Part shown: piece by piece, positions 7,016 through 16,246 of the stretch
Position numbering within the stretch: position 1 is the stretch's first letter
Layout of the letters: the number at the start of each line of letters is the position of its first letter
IMG/VR virus record: IMGVR_UViG_3300045012_000053
Span: 37,361-101,360 of that record
DNA length: 64,000 bases
DNA from: a virus
Direction: 5' to 3' (one strand)
Made by a program: the position numbers and the translations under genes
The notes under the pieces: model-generated
Databases searched by the model: none
The model's input: the letters and a program-made list of their open reading frames with translations, nothing else
Told to the model about the DNA's origin: nothing

Positions 7016-9127
7016 ATGGCGGACATCGACGTAGCAGTAGCCAACTTGGAACAGGTGCCAGCAGCTGAGATCACGACGGACAATACCTACGTGGACTCGG
7101 AGACTGGGACGATTCAGTTCAATGATACTGCGGCTATCAAACTTGTGCTCGACAGCGCGGAGATAGCGGACAATTTCATCAACATTAATCAGTGGGCCAG
7201 CGGTTGGACAATGTCCGACTTGCTATACCAGTCGCCGATGTCTACCAGCGACGGAGGCTCCGGCAGCACAGACGTAGCGAACTCGGCGGTGCCGAAGTTC
7301 ATGGTCTCGAACCACATCAGTTCGATTGTTCCGAAGATCATGGGCGGCATCTTCTACGAAGACCCGTGCTTCCTGCTTCGTCCGGCCCCGAACACAGATC
7401 AGGACGTGATCGCCGCGAAGACCGCGCTGTTCACGTTTCAGCTCAAGGCTATGCGCTTTGAGGAACAGATCGAACTTGGGCTGGAGCAGATGGCGCTGCT
7501 TGGCACTGCTATCTGGAAGTGGGGCTACACCGAGTACGAAAAGACCGAGAAGAAGTACAAGCGCTATGCGCCCAAGGTTAATGTGCCGGATGGTCTAGAG
7601 ACCGCGCCGATTGACACGCCGGACTCCGACGACTTCGAGATCGAGTTCTACAAGAAGACAGTCTCTCACCCGTGGTTGAAGTTCTGCGACATCCGTACAG
7701 TCCTAGTGGACCCGGGATGCCGCGTGGGCGACATCCGTACAGCCAAGTGGGTTGTGTGGCGCGACTACGCTACTTACGATGATTTGGAAAAGCTTCGCGG
7801 GATGGAAGGTTACGAGATTCCTAGCGAGGCAATTCTTCGCTCGATGTTTGCGAAGGCCACTTCTCCGGGACCTGACAACATTACGATGACCATCCCGGAA
7901 GGGATGATGGGTTATTTGCAGCACTCGAAGCCGAGAAGCTACAAGACTTCGGCGGACCCAAACAAGGCTCCGCTGGAAGTGTTGGAGTATTGGGACAACG
8001 ACAAGGTTATCGTTGTGCTCATCTACAACGGCCACAACATTTTGATTCGCAACGAAGCCAATCCGTTTGGAAAGATTCCTTTCTACTCGGCAAACTGGCG
8101 CAACATTCCTGACTCGTTCTACGGGCAGGGACTGGGCTTGCTAATCGGTAGCGAGCAGATCGTAGAGCAGGGTGTAACCAACCTCGCGCTCGACCTGCTG
8201 GCGTACTGCTTGCAGCCTGTCGCGCTTCGTAAGAAGGGCTTCAATGCACCGACACAGAACACGCGATGGGAGCAGGGCGGCATCATCGACGTCGAAGAGG
8301 ACGTTGACAAGGCCTTCAAGTTCCTGCAAATGCCTCCTGTGCCTGCGGAAGCGTTCAGCTTCATCCAGCAGTCACAGAGCGCGGGCGCATCCACGTCGGG
8401 CGCGAACGAGCAGGTGGTGCAGGGCGCGGGACACGCGGGTATCAGCACGACGGGTATGAGAAGCGGCACGGGCGCGGCGGCTGTTATTCAAGCCAACGCA
8501 TCTCGTCTCGACGGTCCTACCGGACGTTTCGTGCGCCAAGTTTTCGAACCGTGGCTCTTTCAGATGGATGATCTCGACAACGACCTGTTGCCGACTAGCG
8601 TCATCAAGGATATCCTCGGCGAGAAGATGGGCAACGACTTCAAGGTCGACCACATCGAAATGCGTAACGCGAAGGTCGAATATGAAGTGCTCGCGGGCAG
8701 CAGCCTAGGTGCCAAGAAAGAAATGGCACAGGCTCTTCCGATCATGATTCAGTTGTTGAACAACCCGACGTTCACTGCAAACGCGAACGACGCCGGATAT
8801 CAGTTCGACGCGGTCGCCATCTTCCAAGCGTTCGTGGACGCGGCTGGTTGGAAGTTCAGCCAGAAGTTCTTACGCGAGATGACACCGGACGAGAAGAAGA
8901 AGCACGACGCGAACAGCCCAGCGGCTATCGCGGCGGCGCAGCAGGCATCAGCGCAGAAGATGCAGCAGGACAAGTTCCAACAGGAACAGGTTCTGGAAAA
9001 CCAGAAGCAGCTCGGCAAGGCGGGTAACGAAGCCTTCCGCTCTTCTATCGAAAAGTCAACCGCCCCGCCGTTGCTGGGCACAGGCCCGGACCAGACACAA
9101 GGGTTCGGCGCAACAGACTCTCTATAA
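7016..9127 (+). CDS. Portal protein
   Basis: 703 aa after TerL; LLGTAIWK, NPFGKIPF, FYGQGLG and RSGTG motifs typical of podoviral portals. Confidence 0.85.
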   Translation: MADIDVAVANLEQVPAAEITTDNTYVDSETGTIQFNDTAAIKLVLDSAEIADNFININQWASGWTMSDLLYQSPMSTSDGGSGSTDVANSAVPKFMVSNHISSIVPKIMGGIFYEDPCFLLRPAPNTDQDVIAAKTALFTFQLKAMRFEEQIELGLEQMALLGTAIWKWGYTEYEKTEKKYKRYAPKVNVPDGLETAPIDTPDSDDFEIEFYKKTVSHPWLKFCDIRTVLVDPGCRVGDIRTAKWVVWRDYATYDDLEKLRGMEGYEIPSEAILRSMFAKATSPGPDNITMTIPEGMMGYLQHSKPRSYKTSADPNKAPLEVLEYWDNDKVIVVLIYNGHNILIRNEANPFGKIPFYSANWRNIPDSFYGQGLGLLIGSEQIVEQGVTNLALDLLAYCLQPVALRKKGFNAPTQNTRWEQGGIIDVEEDVDKAFKFLQMPPVPAEAFSFIQQSQSAGASTSGANEQVVQGAGHAGISTTGMRSGTGAAAVIQANASRLDGPTGRFVRQVFEPWLFQMDDLDNDLLPTSVIKDILGEKMGNDFKVDHIEMRNAKVEYEVLAGSSLGAKKEMAQALPIMIQLLNNPTFTANANDAGYQFDAVAIFQAFVDAAGWKFSQKFLREMTPDEKKKHDANSPAAIAAAQQASAQKMQQDKFQQEQVLENQKQLGKAGNEAFRSSIEKSTAPPLLGTGPDQTQGFGATDSL

Positions 9128-9133
9128 TCCGGA

Positions 9134-9151
9134 TGGGGCCGCAAGGCCCCG
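9134..9151 (+). terminator. GNRA-capped hairpin after portal
   Basis: GGGGCC-GCAA-GGCCCC; no U tract, so possibly a stabilising or processing hairpin. Confidence 0.35.
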
Positions 9152-9169
9152 TACCGACAGGATGGACCA

Positions 9170-9535
9170 ATGTCAGAGGAACGTAAAGTGTTGGGGGAAA
9201 CCCTGACGTTTGAAGAGCGCTTGTCGCTCGCACAACTCGTGAATCAGCCGGGATGGAAGATTCTTGTTCGCTTGATGGCAGAGTCATGCCGCCGCGCGAC
9301 TGAGGAAGTCATGAAGCTGAACCCGAGTGCGGAGCGTTATCCAGAACTGCTGGTAGGAATGCAGACCACGGCTCGCGCGATGCACAAGTTCTCCGCTGAG
9401 GTGCTTGACTCCGTCAAGTTGCACCAGCGCACAGCAGTATCGGAAGCACAGCAGAGAGAAAATCCTCAGCCCGTTTTAGAGGGCGTGAAGAACCGTTTTC
9501 GTCTGCCCATAAATCCCCCCGAGGGGAAGCAGTAA
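9170..9535 (+). CDS. Small helical protein between portal and scaffold
   Basis: 121 aa at a position commonly occupied in podoviral head modules. Confidence 0.65.
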   Translation: MSEERKVLGETLTFEERLSLAQLVNQPGWKILVRLMAESCRRATEEVMKLNPSAERYPELLVGMQTTARAMHKFSAEVLDSVKLHQRTAVSEAQQRENPQPVLEGVKNRFRLPINPPEGKQ

Positions 9536-9556
9536 CAATCAAATACAGAGGACCAA

Positions 9557-10858
9557 ATGGCTATTACAAAGGAAGCAGTGCTGCTCATGGACTTGAAGTC
9601 CATCTTCGCAGCCGTGAAAGACCCCGCTACCTCGAAAGAGATGCAGAACATTATTCGAGACCGTCAGGTTGCGTCTCGTATTTCGGAGTTGATGCTGGAA
9701 GCTCAGAACCGCGAGGCCGAAGTCGATGCGCAGATCGCGCGCGTCGTTCCTCCCACCACAGAAGAGCTGGCAGCGCAGGCCGCAGTGATGGCAGCAGAGC
9801 CAGCCGCAGTCGTGGCCCCCGCCACTCCCGTCGCGCCCGTCGTCGAACCTGTAGTTGACACAACTCTGTCGACCAAGGAAGAAGACGAGGCCTACAAAAA
9901 GGTAGGCGTAACAATCGTTCGAGACGCCAAGGGCGTCCCAACCCGCTACATCCAAGACTACCAAGTCCGCGATGAGAAGGGGCAGGCGATTGGTCGTCCG
10001 ACGCATTTGGAAGCGCGCACGCTACCCGACCTGATTTTGAAGAAGCAGGAAGCGCACGAGAGCGCGACCCGCGCTTTTCATCGCATGAAGATGCAGAACC
10101 TGACCTTCAAGCAGAGCAAAACAATTTTGACGCCGGAACAAATCTCGGAAGCAGCGAGACTAGCATTGGAGTCCAAGGACCCGGCGAAGGTCACCGAAGT
10201 TATTAGCGAGGTGATCGAGAGCCAGTATCAGCAGCGCGAGAAGGATTTGAAGGCGAAGGAGTGGCGAGAAGAAGGACGCGCCATCGCCAACGAATTCATG
10301 CGCCGCCATTTGCACGACTACAACCCGTGCGATGCCAACCAGAAAGAGCTTGGTGTTTATCTTTCTGAACATAATCTTGAGTTTACCGTGGACAACCTAG
10401 AGTTCGCACTTGCGGACCTCTTGGAACAAGGTGACAAGCTTGTCAAGGTGGAAAACACCGGGACAACGAAACATGCGGTTGAGGTCGCTAATCCGACCAC
10501 ACCCGCTACTGTAGCAGCCTCCGCAGCTCCGGCAATCCCGGTCGTGGACCCAGCCGCCGCAGTACCAACAGAACCAACACAGCCCGCAGCGCCTAGTCAG
10601 CCTGTGGCAGAGATAACGGTAACGACGCCTGCCGCCGCACCCAATGTGCAACCAGCGGCCCGTCGTCCGGGAGTGAATGGGAGCCTACCTCCGGGTACGT
10701 TGAGCGCACAACGTCCGGGAGCACAAGACCCAGCACTCGCAAGGAAGGAATTCCTACAGTCAGTAAAGAAAATGGACCCGGAAACAATGAAGAAGAAGTT
10801 GAAGACGGACCCTCAATTCGTCAAGACTTTGCTATCTTACGGGATTCGTATTCAGTAA
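9557..10858 (+). CDS. Capsid scaffolding protein (putative)
   Basis: Charged helical protein with P/A/T-rich linkers directly upstream of the capsid gene. Confidence 0.7.
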   Translation: MAITKEAVLLMDLKSIFAAVKDPATSKEMQNIIRDRQVASRISELMLEAQNREAEVDAQIARVVPPTTEELAAQAAVMAAEPAAVVAPATPVAPVVEPVVDTTLSTKEEDEAYKKVGVTIVRDAKGVPTRYIQDYQVRDEKGQAIGRPTHLEARTLPDLILKKQEAHESATRAFHRMKMQNLTFKQSKTILTPEQISEAARLALESKDPAKVTEVISEVIESQYQQREKDLKAKEWREEGRAIANEFMRRHLHDYNPCDANQKELGVYLSEHNLEFTVDNLEFALADLLEQGDKLVKVENTGTTKHAVEVANPTTPATVAASAAPAIPVVDPAAAVPTEPTQPAAPSQPVAEITVTTPAAAPNVQPAARRPGVNGSLPPGTLSAQRPGAQDPALARKEFLQSVKKMDPETMKKKLKTDPQFVKTLLSYGIRIQ

Positions 10859-10900
10859 CTGGCACCCCGCACAGCGGGAGCAAAAGACTAGAGCAACACC

Positions 10901-11926
10901 ATGAGCGGACCAAATCCCTCAGCATCAAACGTAGCAAACGTCCTGACAGCACAGGCAATCATTTTCGACAAGGAACTGATTCCGAACTTGAAGGGCAACA
11001 CCAACGCATTCGTTGGCGCGGCAGAACGTCGTGTTCAGGGCCTTCACATGGGCGTGAACCGTACGTTCTTCCAGTACAACACACTTTCGGGTGACGTTGT
11101 GCAGAACTCCGATGGTACCGTGGGCAACCCGGAAACCATCACTCAGTTGTCGTCTCCGGCACAGATCGGAGAATGGAACAACTACAGCAACTTCTCATCG
11201 TTCGCTATCGCAGCGGCGATTGACGAGCTTGTTGGCAACAGCGCAGTCGAACTTGGCTACCAAGCCGGGCAGTCGATCAGCGAGTTGTACAGCGCAGTTG
11301 CAGACAGCGCATCTGGTGTGGACGCAAACGTCAACCAGTCGTCGTTGCTTGCATCTCCGTACACCATTGACTTGGGCACCATCCGTGAATTGAAGCAGCA
11401 GCTTGTTTCAAAGAACGTATTGCCTTGCAAGCGTGGCATGTTCTTGGGCGCAATCAGCCCGAACGTGTTGGGTGACATCTACAACGCAACGACAGTGAAC
11501 AACTCTATCGTTGACTTGTGGAAGTACGAAAACATGGAGAAGTTTGATGCAATGGCAGGCAGCGACCAGAACAAGGTCATTGTCCTACCGGGCACCAACA
11601 TCGGCTTCATGCAGACCCCGTTCGTAACCACAACGGCCAACTACAACGGCTCGGGTAAGATCGGATACCGCACATATGTTTTTGGCAATTATGCCATGAT
11701 CGGTGTCTGGCTTCAAGTGCCGGGAGACACTGATCTTGATGAAGGCGATTGGAAGACCATCGATTGCCGCGTCGTGACAGATGCCCCTGCATCCAGCTTT
11801 GACCCTGTCTCAACAATTGGTGGGTGGTGCAGCTATAAGTTCCACCAGACAGTTACGTTGCCACCAGCAACTGGCGCGAATACCCAGCGTATTCGCTACA
11901 TTGACTCGGTTCCGGCAATTCAGTAA
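10901..11926 (+). CDS. Major capsid protein (N4-gp56-like)
   Basis: 341 aa; position; ELGYQAGQS..., DPVSTIGGWCSYKF pattern; strongly biased codons. Confidence 0.8.
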   Translation: MSGPNPSASNVANVLTAQAIIFDKELIPNLKGNTNAFVGAAERRVQGLHMGVNRTFFQYNTLSGDVVQNSDGTVGNPETITQLSSPAQIGEWNNYSNFSSFAIAAAIDELVGNSAVELGYQAGQSISELYSAVADSASGVDANVNQSSLLASPYTIDLGTIRELKQQLVSKNVLPCKRGMFLGAISPNVLGDIYNATTVNNSIVDLWKYENMEKFDAMAGSDQNKVIVLPGTNIGFMQTPFVTTTANYNGSGKIGYRTYVFGNYAMIGVWLQVPGDTDLDEGDWKTIDCRVVTDAPASSFDPVSTIGGWCSYKFHQTVTLPPATGANTQRIRYIDSVPAIQ

Positions 11927-11935
11927 ATATTCCTC

Positions 11936-11964
11936 TTGACACAGGTTGCAACTTGTGTTAAGAT
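11936..11964 (+). promoter_or_regulatory. sigma70-type promoter for the EndoVII gene
   Basis: TTGACA-N17-TAAGAT with extended -10 TG; spacer is an imperfect palindrome. Confidence 0.7.
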
Positions 11965-11967
11965 GCA

Positions 11968-12028
11968 GATTGGGGGTGTGTGCCCAAACACACGCCCCTA
12001 ATCAACTCTTTTGGGAGAGTATAAAGTG
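11968..12028 (+). promoter_or_regulatory. Twin-hairpin kissing-loop leader occluding the SD of an EndoVII gene (copy 2)
   Basis: 15-bp stem with loop CCCAAA (11983-11988), then ACTCT-TTTGGG-AGAGT; loops complementary; GTG at 12026. Confidence 0.65.
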
Positions 12029-12391
12029 AAAACATCGACTTTGAAAGTTCGTCAATGGCGTGAGAAAAATACAGAACGTAATCGAAACAATGGCCGTCGC
12101 TGGTTTGAGAAAAACAGGCAATATGATAGGCTACGTCGACACAGTCTCACACAAGAACAATACGACGCAAAGATGCAAGAGCAAGATAGTCGTTGCGCTG
12201 TCTGCTATAAAGAATTCACAGGAACGCCGCACGTTGACCATAATCACAGATGCTGCCCAATACGAAGAAGTTGTGTCAAATGCCGACGCGGCCTTCTCTG
12301 TGAAGATTGTAATCTAGGCCTCGGCAGATTCAAAGACTCAATAGAAGTTCTCAGCAACGCAATCGAATATCTCAAAGGATACAAACAATGA
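12026..12391 (+). CDS. Endonuclease VII-family HNH (homing) endonuclease
   Basis: QDSRCAVC...HVDHNH...RGLLCEDCNLGLG. Confidence 0.9.
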   Translation: MKTSTLKVRQWREKNTERNRNNGRRWFEKNRQYDRLRRHSLTQEQYDAKMQEQDSRCAVCYKEFTGTPHVDHNHRCCPIRRSCVKCRRGLLCEDCNLGLGRFKDSIEVLSNAIEYLKGYKQ

Positions 12392-13080
12392 CCATTCATC
12401 AGCCGGGCCAGCCCTTCATCAAAGGCACGGATGTCGAGAATCCGTTCAACGAACGACACGACATAGACGCTACACATGAAGCGATTCAACAGATGCTCGC
12501 GGGCGGCACGCCGAACTGGGTGAAGTGGCCGCACGAGTATAAGTCATACGTTAAAGAGTCATTCGCCGCCGAGAAAGAAATCTCGAACAAGATGGCAGCG
12601 GCGTACAAGTGGGACGATCAGGAGAACCTCACGAACGAGGCCGCTCGTCACATCAATCGAACCACCACAAGAGATTTTTTGAAGAAGTTAAACGATAACG
12701 GCATTAAGACGGCGATCTTCGATAACGGCTGGGTAGGACCCGGCGGCATTCCGACGGTCGGATTGTTTTGTGTTCCCCCCTCGAATCCGCGCAAGCTTCG
12801 TCCTGTTTGCTACATGGATGTGCCCGCGATGTGGGAGTGGAGCGTTCTCCTTCTAGACAGCCACGGCATCCCGAACGGGGAGAAGTCGCGCGGATGGCGC
12901 ACCATAGCGATTCAGCTCGTCGAGAAAGAGATCATCACCGAACAAGAGTGCCACAAAATTTTTGGGGTACCATCACCCAATGCAGTATCCGCCAGATATT
13001 TCCGCAGTCTTTGGGAGAAGCGTAACGGCAAACGTTACATGGATATCGAAGATCAGGAAAGTCTCGGACAATCTGCCTGA
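12388..13080 (+). CDS. Hypothetical head-module protein
   Basis: 230-aa ORF with SD. Confidence 0.7.
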   Translation: MTIHQPGQPFIKGTDVENPFNERHDIDATHEAIQQMLAGGTPNWVKWPHEYKSYVKESFAAEKEISNKMAAAYKWDDQENLTNEAARHINRTTTRDFLKKLNDNGIKTAIFDNGWVGPGGIPTVGLFCVPPSNPRKLRPVCYMDVPAMWEWSVLLLDSHGIPNGEKSRGWRTIAIQLVEKEIITEQECHKIFGVPSPNAVSARYFRSLWEKRNGKRYMDIEDQESLGQSA

Positions 13081-13133
13081 CCCCGGGCTAGTACAGGGCG
13101 GTTGAAGAAGTTTGCCAACCTTGAAGGTGTAAA

Positions 13134-13712
13134 ATGACGAACCAGAATCAGAAGCCTGCGGCCACTGAAGTTGATGTGAACGCAGTGCTAGCAGAAGCAC
13201 AAAAGACCGGAAATCTTTCCGAGTCTAAGTTCATGGCACTTCTCAGCATCATGATGGCGAAGGAAGCCCGCATCGCTGAAAAGGAAGCGGCGCTTGAAGT
13301 TGCTTTGAAGGCGCGCGACGACCAGCGCAGAAAAGAGTCGGAGAATTACACGGTCAGCAAGATCGAAACCCAGAAGGCTTGCAAGCACTTGAAGGGCGGC
13401 AAGGGACGCACCCGTGGTCAGCAGCGCGACCCGGCGGTCTACAGCCACGTCTTCACCGATGGCACCCGAGTCATCAAGTGTCAGCTGTGTGGAGCGCGTT
13501 GGCTTCCGGGCGACACCGACGAGTACTTGACACGCAATGGGAGCAAGATTCCTAACTGGACGAACATCGGTTGGGGTCGAGCACAAGAGATGTGCGAAGA
13601 CAGCAGCAACAAGCCGTCGTCTTCGGAGCGTTTCGGCGGTTCACAGTTTGGTTCCAACGTCTCAGACGTTGACAAGGCCAAGACCGCAGCGATCAAGAAC
13701 CTACAGATTTAA
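13134..13712 (+). CDS. Coiled-coil plus Zn-finger protein
   Basis: CKH...H...CQLC motif. Confidence 0.65.
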   Translation: MTNQNQKPAATEVDVNAVLAEAQKTGNLSESKFMALLSIMMAKEARIAEKEAALEVALKARDDQRRKESENYTVSKIETQKACKHLKGGKGRTRGQQRDPAVYSHVFTDGTRVIKCQLCGARWLPGDTDEYLTRNGSKIPNWTNIGWGRAQEMCEDSSNKPSSSERFGGSQFGSNVSDVDKAKTAAIKNLQI

Positions 13713-13723
13713 CCTTTACCCGA

Positions 13724-13750
13724 GGGGCGGCGGTTCCGCCCCATTCTTTT
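13724..13750 (+). terminator. Intrinsic terminator
   Basis: GGGGCGG-cggtt-CCGCCCC followed by attctttt. Confidence 0.6.
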
Positions 13751-13864
13751 CTCCGAGGAAAGATGACGACAGTAGCCACCACACAAACTTCTCAATCGAC
13801 CTCCTTCGGCTGCATCCAAACACAATTTAAAAGCGCTCCCACCGCTGCGCTTGAGGTATTTTAA

Positions 13865-16243
13865 ATGGCAAATAACCAACTCCTAGCTTCTGATAATTTT
13901 GCGTCCGGCTCTCTTGCGGCGGGATGGTCCGCTCTACCGGGTCTGTCTATGACGCAAGTGGTCGCGGGTTCCCCGAACGTAACAGAGCCAAATTCTGTAG
14001 GGACAGGAGCCGGACAAATATGGACAGGCATAACATGGCCTGCGGACCAAATTTCAGAAGTTACGTTGAACAATCTTAATGTGAGCGGTTCTACGGTCGG
14101 TCTTGCAGTTCGTATGAATTCTGTTGTACAATCGGGCTACTTGGCTGTTTTTAATTTTCAAGGCGGCGCTGGCGCGGGAAGGCTTACCGTTTTTAAAGAC
14201 GTTTCTGGTTCTGTAACACAGTTAGGCAGCGCAGTTACTACACTAACTTTTGCTGCCGGGGATGTTTTAACCTTTCAGGCTGCCGGATGCGCTCTTACTG
14301 TTAATAAAAATGGCAAGAGAATTTATTATTTTTACGACACAACCTTCACGTCTGGCGGAAGTCCCGGCTACGACCAAAATTCGGCGGGGAGCGTTACCAA
14401 TTCTCAGGTGAGTTCTTGGCGCGGTTATTCTGCTGTTCAACAAGACGGTATTTGGAATAAACAGGGCATTGTCATCGCCCCGGTCATTGCTGATTTAAAT
14501 GGTGCAACCGCTGGCGTCGGCATTCAATCTTGGTCCGTGTTTCAAGATACGAACGCCCAGATACTGTCAGGAACAGTATATAAAACTTGGCTCGTTAGTG
14601 ATTGGTCGAATGACGCGACATCGAGTATGTATTACGCCGAGTCTCTTGACGGAGTTAGTTGGACCCGCAGAGGAGCAGCGGTTCTTGCAAACGTCACAAA
14701 CGGCTTTGTTTTTAAGAACGGCTCGACATATTACATGTACGCTCAAACTGCGGGCGCGTCTGGCACTGGCAACATGCTGGTATATACCAGCAGTGACGGA
14801 ATAAATTGGGCTTTGCAGTCTCCGTCAAGTGTCCTAGTCAAAGGTACAGCAGGAGCATGGGATTCAGGTTCTTTTTATAACATTATTTGCGTAACAATTG
14901 TCGCGGGAACTTGGTACGGGTTCTATAATGGTAACAACGGCGGGGCGTTTTCGGTTGGTTTGGCAACATCAACGGACGGAATAAACTGGACAAAGTATTC
15001 CGGCAATCCTGTTATTTCTGGGGCCGTAACTACAGGAAATAACATCGTTAATGTTGGCGGAACGTACTATCTATGGGGTGCCGCAACCCAGCCGGGCCAA
15101 GGTGGTTCTGTGTTGGACCCATACGAGGCCGTACGTTATAAGTCTACTAATTTGACGTCTTGGTCTCTTTCGTCGCACTCCCTTCACCGTAGTCAAATAT
15201 TTGAATCTCTCAACGCTGTTACTGGAGGCGTTCAGGGTTTGGCTATGCTTAATGTGGGAGGAAGTACCTATCTTTATACGAACAGTTCTCAGGGAGATGC
15301 TGTTGCCCCTCAGATTGGACAAATTGGATTAGCGATAGCGCCCGTACCTGTAAGTTCTATAGTTTTGTTTCCAGAAGACGGTGCTTCACAAGTTGCAACC
15401 GACTTGTTCACTAGTGGAGCAGGAGATTTAAGTTCAAATTGGGTGACCCCGACTGGATATACAAAATTACAATTAACTGCGGGAGCTTTAGCGGAGCCTT
15501 CGGCAGCAAATACGGCTTGCGTTATGGCGTATACCGGAGCCTCTTTTTCTACAAATCAGTATTCGGAAATTACGCTTAAATCACTTGCAACAACCAGCGA
15601 TACGTTTAGTCCGAGCGTCAGAACGCAAACCGGGTCAGAAGGTCTCTACAGCTTTAATTTGGTTGGACCAATTGGGAGCGCATATGCGTTTCTTCAACTT
15701 TATAAAGTCGTTTCTGGCGTTTCAACCAGCTTCGGTCCTGTCGTACAAATAACGCCGCAAATTGGAGATGTCATTAGGCTATCTGTCATCACGGGAAGTG
15801 ACGGATTTCCGATTCTTTCTATCTATCAAAATGGTTTTTTAATTCTACAGTCAGAAGACTACGGAAATTCTCTTACAACAGGTTTTCCGGGAATGGTTGC
15901 TCTTGGTGTCGCTGCCGTAACAAACGCTCAAATAAGTTTGTGGTCCGGCGGAAATACAAATGTCACACCCCCGTATCCGCCGCCCGGGTCCAACGCGTAC
16001 AGCGTCCCAGATAGCAGAGTTTCGACGGCAACAACACCAAATTCTTCCCGTAATGTTCAGGGTACCTTGATATACGACGTCCCTAAGGTCTACTCTTTGC
16101 AGTATTGGTTCGACATTCTTTTCAACCGAACACAACCCTTGCCGGAAGACTGCCGTGCAGCAGGTGCGCCAGTAGATTGCCGCATCAGTCCCAACATTCC
16201 GCAGAATTCACGAGCACCGGGCACTTACGGGCCGGGAGAATAA
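13865..16243 (+). CDS. Virion-associated glycoside-hydrolase-like beta-propeller flanked by two lectin-like domains
   Basis: Repeated SxDGxxW blades (ESLDGVSW, SSDGINW, STDGINWTKYSGNPVI); duplicated ASDNF...DQISEVTL / ATDLF...NQYSEITL domain. Confidence 0.7.
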   Translation: MANNQLLASDNFASGSLAAGWSALPGLSMTQVVAGSPNVTEPNSVGTGAGQIWTGITWPADQISEVTLNNLNVSGSTVGLAVRMNSVVQSGYLAVFNFQGGAGAGRLTVFKDVSGSVTQLGSAVTTLTFAAGDVLTFQAAGCALTVNKNGKRIYYFYDTTFTSGGSPGYDQNSAGSVTNSQVSSWRGYSAVQQDGIWNKQGIVIAPVIADLNGATAGVGIQSWSVFQDTNAQILSGTVYKTWLVSDWSNDATSSMYYAESLDGVSWTRRGAAVLANVTNGFVFKNGSTYYMYAQTAGASGTGNMLVYTSSDGINWALQSPSSVLVKGTAGAWDSGSFYNIICVTIVAGTWYGFYNGNNGGAFSVGLATSTDGINWTKYSGNPVISGAVTTGNNIVNVGGTYYLWGAATQPGQGGSVLDPYEAVRYKSTNLTSWSLSSHSLHRSQIFESLNAVTGGVQGLAMLNVGGSTYLYTNSSQGDAVAPQIGQIGLAIAPVPVSSIVLFPEDGASQVATDLFTSGAGDLSSNWVTPTGYTKLQLTAGALAEPSAANTACVMAYTGASFSTNQYSEITLKSLATTSDTFSPSVRTQTGSEGLYSFNLVGPIGSAYAFLQLYKVVSGVSTSFGPVVQITPQIGDVIRLSVITGSDGFPILSIYQNGFLILQSEDYGNSLTTGFPGMVALGVAAVTNAQISLWSGGNTNVTPPYPPPGSNAYSVPDSRVSTATTPNSSRNVQGTLIYDVPKVYSLQYWFDILFNRTQPLPEDCRAAGAPVDCRISPNIPQNSRAPGTYGPGE

Positions 16244-16246
16244 TAG

